Positions 12,627 through 23,804 of a stretch of 64,000 bases of DNA are shown here, in pieces (position 1 is the first letter of the stretch; each line of letters starts with the position of its first letter). The stretch lies in assembly GCA_051530055.1 (NCBI GenBank), contig CM121342.1, positions 8,380,388 through 8,444,387 on the forward strand, given 5' to 3'. The notes beneath the pieces are model-generated. The model was not told where the DNA came from. It searched no databases and saw only the letters and a list, made by a program, of their open reading frames with translations. Source of the DNA: Neoechinorhynchus agilis (Eukaryota; Animalia; Acanthocephala). The translations under genes were made by a program, and so were the position numbers.

Positions 12627-14617
12627 TTGAGTGTTCAACAACCAAAATGCGCTAATGAATGTCTGAAATTCGCGGCAGCCAACCTTCTCCACCATACGAA
12701 TAAAGACAAATCATTGAGTGCCGTTATTGGTGAGTACAATGATCTCTACAACAAACTCTATGTGTTCAACAAACCCCGCAAATCTGAACTTATACGCCAA
12801 CATGTCGAAAAAATCACAGAATGCGACGAACCTCAGGATTTGATGAAGTCCGTACTCGATTTCTTGCTTTGCATGTGCAGAAGGCCGGTTTTCTCCGAGA
12901 TACCAGAAAAATTGGCGCGTCCGCCATTACTAATCGTGACTGAGACGAATCGGGAATTCGAAGAACTTAAGAAAAAAATGGTTCGGATTTTGTTGGAAGA
13001 AGAAATTAGCTTCCATGAAGACGAAAAGAGTGACTACAGTGAAGATAGCACCTTGTCATTGTCTAGCAATAAAGTGCAGGATATTTTTCACAAAGAGAAA
13101 TTCATGACCAAATCTGAAATCGAAGAAATGCTGAATTCAGCTGAGAAATATTTAAAATGGATTTTACACATTAAGAGAAGACAGTGCATTATCCATTGTT
13201 AAAAGATTTGGAACCATCAATAGAGCATGTGGATCAAAGCGACTGGACGAATGTCCGGGAACAAGACGATGATTCCTGCTTGCTACATCTCCATTGTCTC
13301 TTTCGAATCGACTATCATCTTAGCCGTGATCACAACAACTTTCTATGTTCAAGTTTAAGAGACCTTAGGAATAAATTAACTGCCCAAAATGAAGAAGACG
13401 AAGAACAATACAAGATGATTTCTAAACTTCTCACGTGTATTTCCAGTATGAACCCAATCCAAATTTCCGATCAATTGATTTGTTTGCTTGATCGATGGTA
13501 TTTAACGAAAGGATCCACGTTTGAACCATCCTTCATCGGTATTGAATTTCTCAAAAAGTCGTTACTTGCTATTTCACAAATGGAACAAATTGAACATGTT
13601 CATGTGAGCAGCGATGAACTTCGTGAGTGTATTGATTTGATCCGACGGATTCGTAAATGTCAACGCCTACTCGGGATTCATAATGTTGAATTTAAACCTA
13701 AACTTGAACCGGGCTTAGTCGAATATCCAATCGGAACGTGGATTGTTACCGGTCATTTAAATCAAATCAAAAACCTCTGGTTCTTAAATTGGCCTCCGAA
13801 CAAACGAGTTCTCTTCCTATTGCACTCTACATTTGAACGGTTGCGTCAAACATTTCTTGCCTATGACAGTCTGCACCATAGTGAAATATCCAACCACATT
13901 ATTTCATCTCATGAACATTGCGCTTACAAATGGTCAAAATTAAAGCTCAATCTCTCAACTACTGTGGATTTGATCAGTGTTGTCAAAACGGATTTGTATA
14001 ACCGAGTGCCAAAAAGTCTAACCACTCTGTTCAATCACCTTTTAATGAAGAACGGTGTTATTGTGAACTTTACGAATACGCCGTCAAGTCCGTTGCTCTC
14101 TGAGTTTTTCTCTGAAGAAATCCAGCAAATCTACAGTGGAATCGGAATTGTACTTTTGAGGATAAACACCATTAGGAGGTATATTGAACGGAAATTCAAT
14201 AAGAAATGGGCATCTAGAAAGTTGTGTGCAATGCATTTTAGGTTGTGGAATATCGAGTTCAAAATTTAACACAATCTTTCTTGATTAATGCACACTATCC
14301 ACTTCTTCATTTATCGACACCAATCAGAAATACTGAATAATCTTAACCATGAAACCGAAATGTTTTTAAAGAAACTACGATCTACATCAAAGACAGAGTA
14401 TCGCGGAATTTCGATGACTCCCGATCTTGTCACTCAGGCACATTTACTATTTCTTTCTGAATGCTCAAGACTCATTGAGACTCCAATGGAAATGACGGTA
14501 GCTATGAGTTTATCGTCGCAATTAGTCGCTTATTCGACAGAACAAAAATATGATATGGACAAAGAAACGGCTATTATTTCTGAATTCAATAGAATAGTTC
14601 ATTTGTTAAGCCAATAA
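12627..14617 (+). CDS. TUBGCP5: Divergent gamma-tubulin complex component, GCP5-like (three ORF blocks; start uncertain)
   Basis: SVLDFLLCMCRRP and ILLEEEI...DYSEDS resemble the GCP5 N-terminus; EFFSEEIQQIYSGIGIVLLRI and LCAMHF...SEIL resemble the GRIP2 C-terminal region. Frame breaks near 13.13-13.19 kb and 14.24-14.30 kb. Confidence 0.55.
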
Positions 14618-14672
14618 ATCTGAAGCGTTCTAAAGTTCGCTGTGTAATATATAATCAGTCTTTCGATTTTAG

Positions 14673-16735
14673 ATGATAAAAGACTTCTCGGATGTGTATA
14701 AGATCGTTCTTTCACTATTCAACCATCACGTGAGTTTCCACGTGCTGATCCAACTCGCATTCACACTTGGATTTTTTATTGAACTTGTCGTTAGACCAAC
14801 CACGCTCTATATCCGATTCACACTTCAACTACTTTGTATCTATTTCATCCAGATATGGAAACCAATTCGACTCAAATGTCTTCTCGTTGTTGAACTCGTC
14901 CTTCTAATACTATTTTCCTTTTTCAACTCATGGCTACAGTTTCTGTTGAACGCAGCATTTGCATTCTGTATCATAGCCGATTGTAATCAGCAGTGACTCG
15001 CAGTTTTATTTTTTGTAAAATCAATTCGGATCAATTTTCACGTAAGTCACCAAGGGAAATACATTGCGAAATACCCTCAATTACGACTTGTGGATTTGGG
15101 CATAATTACATCTTTTTTTTCAACTTTAAATCCAACCATTCATGTCAGAATGCTTAAATGTCTACTTCGCGGATATCCAGCGTCGTAATCGGAAATTCAT
15201 TTTGTTTCTGATTTCCTGCGTTTAGACAAAAAAATTCCGAGAAATAATTCTTTTTGAGGACACAGAATGAATTATTATCCTTGATTTTTGCTGACAACCA
15301 AAAACGAATCATATTAATATATCTTTATAATGAGAATATACCGAATCCCTTTCCTCTTGCTTTGCCATCTTTACATCTTTAAAAAGTCGATTTTTTTTAA
15401 AAATTCCCGCCACATTTTTCGAAAAGCAAATATTCCGAATCCCTTTTTCTCTTGCTTTGCCGTCTTTAGATCTTTAAAACGACCAGGAATATCTTATTAA
15501 GATTCTCGATTTTTTAAAATCAAAGTCAATTTTCCCGCGACTTTCTTCGAATAGCGAATATTCTTAATGCGATTACCTGTTGATTCTCGGTTAATAAATA
15601 TTGAAATTCCGCAGATTCAATCTAAAATCCGAAAATATTCGGTTAATGTTGTCGATGTTCCCTCCCTATACTTAATGAAATTCCTCAAGCTTCATAAATC
15701 CGTGCTTGAATTTGAACTAAAGTCCGCTTCCTTTCTTAACTCTGAGTCACTCATTCTAAATGGGCGATGTTCGCAGCCTACATTTCGGTACTCACAAGCG
15801 GGATAGTCCAACACGTCCGTTTGATCGGTCTCGTAGTTGTTGGCTCATCACTGATATCAGTACTCGTGGTTCCACACGTCGGTGTGTTCTCTTTAATCGG
15901 CGTATTTCCTTGCTTAACCATTCTGACATTATTGATGACAATGAGAGTAAGCCCCGTTGTCTGGACGTTTTATTTCATCTTCAGTACACGAAGAATAGTA
16001 TGCTTGATCAGTTGGGTCGCAGCCGGCATTGCATGCATTTTCTTAGCCATTTTGGCACATGTTCAAAAATGGAAACGGGCTCAATCTCGGAAAACATTCC
16101 ATCTCGCTGCATCGGTTGTGTTCAGCGTCGGTCTAATGGTGGACGTTGAACTGCTTACAATCTCATCCGCTGTTTTATTCGGAGTCCTGGTCCTTATGGA
16201 AGCCATGAGACTCCAACAACACTCAATGATCGGCTCTTATTTAGTAGAATCGTTGTTTGCATTGTTCTCAAATAACGAAGATCGAACTCAGCTAGAAATA
16301 TCTCCCATCACTCTTCTTGGCGGTCTATCGTATCCATTGATTTTTCCATCAAGCCAGAGAAGGAACATTAGCACCCGTTGGCTGCTTGGGAAATCCAATG
16401 TCGCTCTATTTGCAGGAGTTCTCAGCACAGGAATAGGCGACTCATTCGCGGCTCTAATTGGATCCACTTATGGAACTCATCATTGGCCTGGAAGTGAACG
16501 GACGCTTGAAGGAACAGCCAGTGGGTTCATTAGTCAAATTTTGTTTTGCGCTCTTGTTTTGTGGCCCGCTGGTATATTCAGCGGAATCCAGTCAGGAATG
16601 AGAGATATTTTATCATTGATGTTTTTATTCGCGGGACTCTTTACTTCTTCAATAACCGAAACCATCGTTAGTAATGAATACGACGACAATATTGTAGTAC
16701 CCATTTGTACGTATCCTTTATTAAAATTATGTTGA
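14673..16735 (+). CDS. DOLK: Dolichol kinase (probably two exons: ~14673-14992 and ~15752-16735)
   Basis: RKTFHL, and GVLSTGIGDSFAALIGSTYGTHHWPGSERTLEGT...DNIVVP, are dolichol kinase signatures. The hydrophobic ORF at 14673 is inferred to be exon 1. Confidence 0.9.
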
Positions 16736-17263
16736 CTAATCAACGAGCGGGAAGCAATCAACCTCTTTTTTATTGCTCTAAAGTGAAACTATTCGTTGGT
16801 TTGTCGCAGTTTTATCATATAATATTCGAGCAATTTTTGTTTTTTTAAAACATGAGAAATTTTTTCAATAAATCATGTATTATTCGACGTCTTAAAATGA
16901 CAACCGATTGAATATTCGCGCTTAACTACACTGCTTACTCCTTAATCGCTCCTTTTCTTGATTTTCAAAGAAAAACAAACTTAGTTGCCGAGAGTGTTAA
17001 AATCAAACAATGCTAATTCAAATCTTTTAAGTATAGATTACTCCTCTAGTCATTAATTGCACACGTAAATCATGTATCGCGATTGTTTTAGAAAGATTAG
17101 ATGCATTTAAAGTTCCTACGAATGAGCTGAAACTTCCTTGATTAATGGAATAAAATCCTGCTCAATACCTGATCTCAGGGATTTCTTTTCCAAAAATATC
17201 ACCACGCTTTTATCTTAAAATACTCAAACTTAGTAAGTGTCCTAATTCATGACGCATAACTGA

Positions 17264-19520
17264 TCAGCCAAAAAATACTTTTTCCAACTCGTTCCAAGTG
17301 CTCTCATCGCATTCATCACGTAAAATGGAATCTAACAACAAAGCACAATCAGTCGACCATTTGGTATTTGAATTTCGGTTCAATTTAATCAACAAAATGA
17401 TTTTCATTTGTCTTTTTGAGAATCTATCCGCAAACTTGACACCTTCTTTTCGAACTAACTCTTCATACTGCATTACTGATATGCCTTTAAATAGTCTGCT
17501 CCAAAGTAAAACTTCTTTACTCATGTCAGGCAAGTTCCTCATGACCGTAGGACTAAATTCTCGTAAACCAATAGAAATTCGAGAATCACCAATGTAATCG
17601 TAGGAATGTATTGAGTGTGGCCAATCGTATCGAACAGCTCCACCGAGAATCAAAAGCGCACTTCCACAATTCAAACGAATGCGAATTAAGGAATTCGATG
17701 GATGAATGAAGTTATTGGGACTGTTCTCACGATTTAAAAAAAGATTACCAATTTCAAGCGATCACTGTGCTCCCGATCAACTATGGCGTTAATATCGGGA
17801 TGGATCTTTTTTTCAGGATTATTAACGTGATTTTGATCAATCGATACCCGAATAACACATGACCCGAAAGCTCCTTGGAAATCGTGAGAATTCCTCAAGT
17901 TGAACGCAACATCCGCTAACCATAAATGGGGTCGTTAACAAAAAAATCGGGAGTAAAGCAAGATTGGACATGGTTGTAAGTATTAAAGGTCCTTTGATTG
18001 CTCAAATAAAAACATTAAAATGAAAGATGGCAGCGAAACGAGCCATGAATCTCGAGAAATCGATGATGATCATCTCAGGACCATTTCTTAATGAGTACAA
18101 AAATGTTTCACACCTACTTGTCTTTAAAACGTTCAAATTGCATACAAGTTTTCATCTTTTCAAGTTCAACGAACCCAATGCGTAGTTTTATAAGGTTTTC
18201 TTCAAAAAATTTCATTGTTTAAGGGAAATGCGGCATATTCAAAAGCACGTAGCTCGTTAACTATAATCCGTATTATTTAGATAAAACGGCGTAATTTCCA
18301 CTTTCAAATCTACGAATGCATTCAAATCATCAAAGTTTTAAAGTTAATCAAATTGTACTTTTGTAGGTAGCATGATGTATCTTGAAATTTTTGGACATAT
18401 AAAAGTGAATTGCACTTCGGTATTCTTTCAAAAAATTAAAACTAAGATATCACTAATCCTATGAATGATGAGATTTATAGAAAAATTGGGACATGTGCGG
18501 CATTTGACTGTTAGCATTGAATCACTGTACAAAATATATCAAATCCACAAGGGTAACAACGCGTAAGGATTCGTTATTACTCACATGAAGTAGCGATGAG
18601 CAACGAAAACACGTCTTCTACGAAAAACAGCGTTTGTAATCTGTCTCACGGCGAAAATCGGAGTGCTTTAGAAGAGACCTGACATTTGGGATATCTGACT
18701 GATAAGTTTTGATTTGTCTACAAACTTTTTATGAGGCAATGGATCATAAAGATGTTTCGTCTTTCTTGTCGGAACTTTAAACGTTCGAAATTTTATAAAT
18801 TTAAGTAAATTTCTAGTGGGCTTATCGGCTATTTTTAAGAACATGGACTTTTTAAAGAAAGATTTGTTAGTTTTTCAAACTAAAAATATATATTCGCCTA
18901 ACGCAAGAACGACCACTTTGAAGTAACATTGGGAAACTAGGTTTATGATAGCAATCCTTGGACCCCAAAGCCATTGATCATCCAAATGTGGCTCAATATG
19001 AGATCCACGATTCTTAGTGTACTCCAGATTACATAGCTCCACAGCCTGAAAATCTTTAAATTCAATACACCGTTCGCGTAGTCGATTCGTAATTGTACGC
19101 GCATATTGAGGCAGACCAGTAAACGAAGCGTCCACATTGACTTTCTTCTTCTTAAAGTTCACTTTTGCTCCATAATCCTGCTTTAACCGTCCGGATTGAG
19201 ATTTTGACCAAGGTACGGAATACCTTCGCATCTTTGATTCTCTAAACAGGCGAGAATCAAAGCGATTAAATTTCATTTAGAAGGTCTATCTCTTCATTTG
19301 GGCTTATAAAGTCGTCTAAAACCTCCAAACACTGAACTTTAACTGAAAATGGATCTTCTAAGTGAGTTTGACAGTCGCCGTGTTCGTTTGAAGCCGCATG
19401 TTGGCATTTTTGACAGTACCAAAGGACGGATGTAGAAGTTGGAAGTGTGTGTAGCTTTTGAGGATGACAAATGAGGCATGACCTCACTCCCGTGCACCCG
19501 CATGAGTTCGCTTGCTTCAT
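17264..19520 (-). CDS. ALKBH4: Alpha-ketoglutarate-dependent dioxygenase ALKBH4 (three exons)
   Basis: CGCTGVRSCLIC; PWSKSQSGRLKQDYGAKVNFKK; CNLEY...IEPHLDDQWLWG; last exon SALLILGGAVRYDWPHSI...RISIGLRE. Interruptions at ~19223-19268 and ~17717-18916. Confidence 0.95.
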
Positions 19521-19555
19521 CTATCTGAAAAAATCGGGAGTTTTAGATATAGAAA

Positions 19556-21803
19556 ATGCTGTTACTTTGTGCACTTCTACTTCAAAGTGTTCAACCGTTT
19601 GATCCGTCTAAATGCGTCCTGACAAGCATTTCCGGCGCCCAAGACGAACCTGTAAAAACATTCAGAGTAAACTTATCTCAGGAACCATCCGAACGTTGGA
19701 ATGAAATAGCCGATGAGTATCGAAACGAACTCAGGACTATTGTTAAAGATTTTCTTGATTATATTTTTACAAATGTTAACATTAACAATCAGACCAGAAT
19801 AATGTTCGAAAAACTTACAGATCAATACGTACTTGAAGACTTTCCTGAACCCTATAAAAGTGAAATTATGGGTATCGCAAAACGAGTTGGCATTCATGAG
19901 TCTTATATTCTGTTCGCTAACATTTTCTACGAAGCTTATTCGTTTTGTACGAGCATTGTGGCCTATGATTCGAAAAGTGAAAAGACGTTTCACTCCAGAA
20001 ATCTGGATTTTGGAGCAATGTTAGGCGTAGATGTGGATGAAAAGTTGTGGACGGTTACCAAAAACCTTATGGAGGCAGTTGGGATGGACGTGAGTGAAAT
20101 AAGTGCATTCTGATACTTAAATTGTACATGGAAATATCCTCTAATGTTTTTAAAGTCAACACTAGAATCATTGATTTTATTTCTTACTATTTAAATGCTG
20201 TAGTAATTCTAAGGTCGAAATTTAAAAAAGACACTTTAAATTGCCTTTAAAAAATCCAATATTTGTGCATCTTCTATTTAAAATGCCCCATTTAACTCGC
20301 TTTGAATGATAGAAGTCTAAACCGGAATTAAAAATCTGAGAACGGGCATACTCAGAAACAATGTTTTGATGATTTTGAGATTAAAATTACGCACGATAAT
20401 TCCCAATTTAACCATTCGTACTCAACTGTCTCGGCAGACGGATGATAGTAAGTGTGGAATTCTACGAAGATGAAAATTCAGAGAGACCTTTGTTCACTTC
20501 GGTTAATTTCGTCGGATCGGTGGGAGTTTTAACCGGTGCCGGTCGACACTTCAGTCTCTCGATTAACGAGAGATTCGCAATTAATGGTGGATACATGGGT
20601 ATGCTTGAATGGATATTAGGCGTTAATAGGAAACAAGAGTTCATTACTCTGCTAGCCAGGGATGTTCTTACAAATTGCAAAAGTTATGAATGCGCAAAGG
20701 AAGCATTGTCGAGTAACAATTTAGTAGCTCCCGTCTATTACATCTTGGGAGGGACAGGTGGACGAGGGTCAGTTATAACGAGACTGAGGACCTCAGGCCC
20801 AATCGACGTTTGGGATTTGGAAGACGTGGATGAACATGGTGGTATGCGTATTCTTGTTCAGACGAATTTCGATCGATGGAAACAACAACCCATCTATGAC
20901 GACCGGATAACTCCGGCTAATGCCGTGATCTGAAAAGGTCTATTGATTTTTAAGGGAGAAATGATTTTGGTTTCCGCAAAACCCTATACGAATTCCCACA
21001 AAGATTACTTTTTTAAACCGTGGAAAACCCAAGGGAATAAATGGCCCAAATCCTTTAAACAAATAATCAAACTACCAAAACTTATTAGAGCATCTTTTGG
21101 AATAGATTATTAGATTAAGGCAATAAAATGTGAGAACCCATCTATGACGACCGGATACCTCCGGCTAATGCCGTGATCTGAAAAGGTCTATTGATTTTTA
21201 AGGGAGAAATGATTTTGGTTTCCGCAAAACCCTATACGAATTCCCACAAAGATTGCTTTTTTAAACCGTGGAAAACCCAAGGGAATAAATGCCCCAAATC
21301 CTTTAAACAAATAATCAAACTACCAAAACTTATTAGAGCATCTTTTGGAATAGATTATTAGATTAAGGCAATAAAACGTGAGAACCCATCTATGACGACC
21401 GGATACCTCCGGCTAATGCCGTGATCTGAAAAGGTCTATTGATTTTTAAGGGAGAAATGATTTTGGTTTCCGCAAAACCCTATACGAATTCCCACAAAGA
21501 TTACTTTTTTAAACCGTGGAAAACCCAAGGGAATAAATGGCCCAAATCCTTTAAACAAATAATCAAACTACCAAAACTTATTAGAGCATCTTTTGGAATA
21601 GATTATTAGATTAAGGCAATAAAACGTGTCTTCGATCGCTGTCTAAATTGAATTTATCACGGGAGGACGTTCTCTATAGCACATTGTCGACGTATCCAGT
21701 CCTTAACGCTTACACTGTTCATTCGACCATAATGTGGACGGATAAAGGAGAAGTCTTGTCGTACATTCGAAACAGCACGATTGACACAATCAGTTATGAT
21801 TGA
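19556..21803 (+). CDS. ASAH1: Acid ceramidase (Ntn hydrolase, ASAH1/NAAA family; three coding blocks)
   Basis: Signal peptide; VNLSQEPSERW; IFYEAYSF-CTSIVA (catalytic Cys); HSRNLDFG; FSLSINERF; LVAPVYYILGG; QTNFDRW...DDRITPA; final block CLRSLSKLNLSREDVLYSTLSTYPVLNAYTVHSTIM, stop TGA at 21801-21803. Confidence 0.95.
20887..21630 (+). repeat. Tandem triplication of a 248-bp unit (exon end, 200-bp insert, next exon start) inside the ceramidase gene
   Basis: CCCATCTATGACGACCGGATA starts at 20889, 21137 and 21385; the copies are nearly identical. Confidence 0.95.
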
Positions 21804-22640
21804 CGATTGTTATAAAGATCATAAGATTTGATAAGAAAGTGATGATTTTTTTTGAAAAGAAATTGATTTATAGCCGGTCAAGATAATGCTGGCGGCGTTC
21901 CTTCCTGGACAGCCATTTTCTTAAAAGGAATATATTAATCCATCAGTGAAAGTCCTAAGGATGCTTAAATTGGCCAACATTGATCATTTTTAATGATCGG
22001 CTTTTAAGAGATTAGTACGAAAACTGAGAGACATGGACCATTCAAGGCGGAAACTTCAAACTAATCGCAAAGAAACCTTTGATCGAAACTTCCTAAGTAG
22101 AAAACGTTCTGGATAACGTCAGTTTCGTAATTCCGGCACACGAAACACTCAAATATTTGATCACCCACCGCGAAGATTTTGCTTTAAAGAAGTGGCTTAA
22201 AAAAATCTTGATTAGATTAAATTAAATGCAAAATAATCTGAACAATCGAAGTTGCGATTTATAAATTCGTATCAGATTAAGAAACGAAAATAAGCCCGGA
22301 TTTTTTTAAATTTTATTTTATTTTTTTAAACTAGAAATTTTATTATTCCTTTTCAGAAGTGTTTTATTTTAAGCTGGGTTCGTGCCTCGGACGCTAACGG
22401 CATTTCCTCGTTGGATTACGAGGTTAATCCTTTAGTGTTTAAGGGAAAAATACGAAACGAAAAAGCAAATCATTTGAGAGGTAATCGGGAAACAAAAAAT
22501 AGAAAAAACTAGATACAATTTTAAATGTAAACAAAAACGAAGAGGAAAACAATTTGGAATATTTTCATATGCCGCTAGCGATTGTTTATATCGGAAACTT
22601 TTTGCTTGTAAGTACAATTGAAAAAACTTACAAGCAACCT

Positions 22641-23070
22641 CGATAAAGACGTACGCAAGATTGTGCCCCTCAAATATTGGAATCAATAAATTCTTTTAAA
22701 TTTTCGGTCTGAATCATGAACAATCTTCAAATATACGTTGGAGAAGTGCTTTTGGGAATAAAAAGCATCAATAAAGACGGACGCAAGATTGTGCCTCTGA
22801 AATATTGGAATCAATAAATTCTTTTAATTTTTCGGTCTCAATCATGAACAATCTTCAAATATACGTTGGAGAAGTGTTTTTGAGAATAAAAAACATCAAT
22901 AAAGACGTACGCAAGATTGTGCCTCTGAAATATTGGAATCAATAAATTCTTTTAATTTTTCGGTCTCAATCATGAACAATCTTCAAATATACGTTGGAGA
23001 AGCGTTTTTTGAGAATAAAAAACATCAATAAAGACGTACGCAAGATTGTGCCTCCGAAATATCGGATTTA
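22641..23070. repeat. Tandem repeat, ~128-bp unit, 3 full copies plus a partial
   Basis: ATAAAGACG(T/G)ACGCAAGATTGTG at 22643, 22771, 22899 and 23028; a solo homologue lies at ~26245-26295. Confidence 0.95.
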
Positions 23071-23804
23071 ATAAAAAAAACCTCAATAAAACTTCCGCCA
23101 TAAACGTGAACAATACAATCTTTAAACAAATGTCCGGAGTATTTTGTGGCTTTACCACCCAAACAATGGCTTAAGTCCCAATCTGAGTACAAGTGGAAAC
23201 TTGCTATTGATTAGGTTTTTATTGATCGGAGTTGAGTACTTGAGAAAAAACATTCTTTTTCAAAAACACTAATTTAGAGTTCAAGGGATTTGATAGAAAT
23301 CAATGTCATCTACTGGATAAAATCTAAAATGCCCGGAGATTTCTACATTTGAAATAAGTGAATTCTGCTATAAGGACGTACTTATGTTCTGTCGTATTTC
23401 GCTCTTAAGATTATCCTTGTTCGTTCGGATTGCTTTTTACATGAAGTGCACTTTAGACTCTTTTCTAAGTATCGAAAGTGATCCATTTTATCGCGTCGAG
23501 TAAACCAAAAATATTTTCAACGAGTGCGTTTTTTGAATTTGTACGTTGGAGTCGACTAATTTTTAACGTTTCGATTATTAGCATTACTCGTTGACCCAAA
23601 GCCAATTTATTCAATTTTTCGAGTTGGTTTCTTTGGATTTTTTTGACAAAATTTAATATTTTTAAAGGACACAAAACAATCAGTTTTTTTATCGACTTTT
23701 GGACGTAGTTCCCGAATTATGCATAAAAAGATTAATGTAGTCAAATTTTCCAAAATAATTTCGCTACCAATTCTATTTGGTTTAACTTTAGCAAAAAATT
23801 ATGT

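Noticed and set aside
22380-22430. Possible pseudoknot CCTCGT/ACGAGG with GGATT/AATCC
   Set aside because: The connecting loop is only 2 nt, there is no recognisable ribozyme core, and it occurs once.
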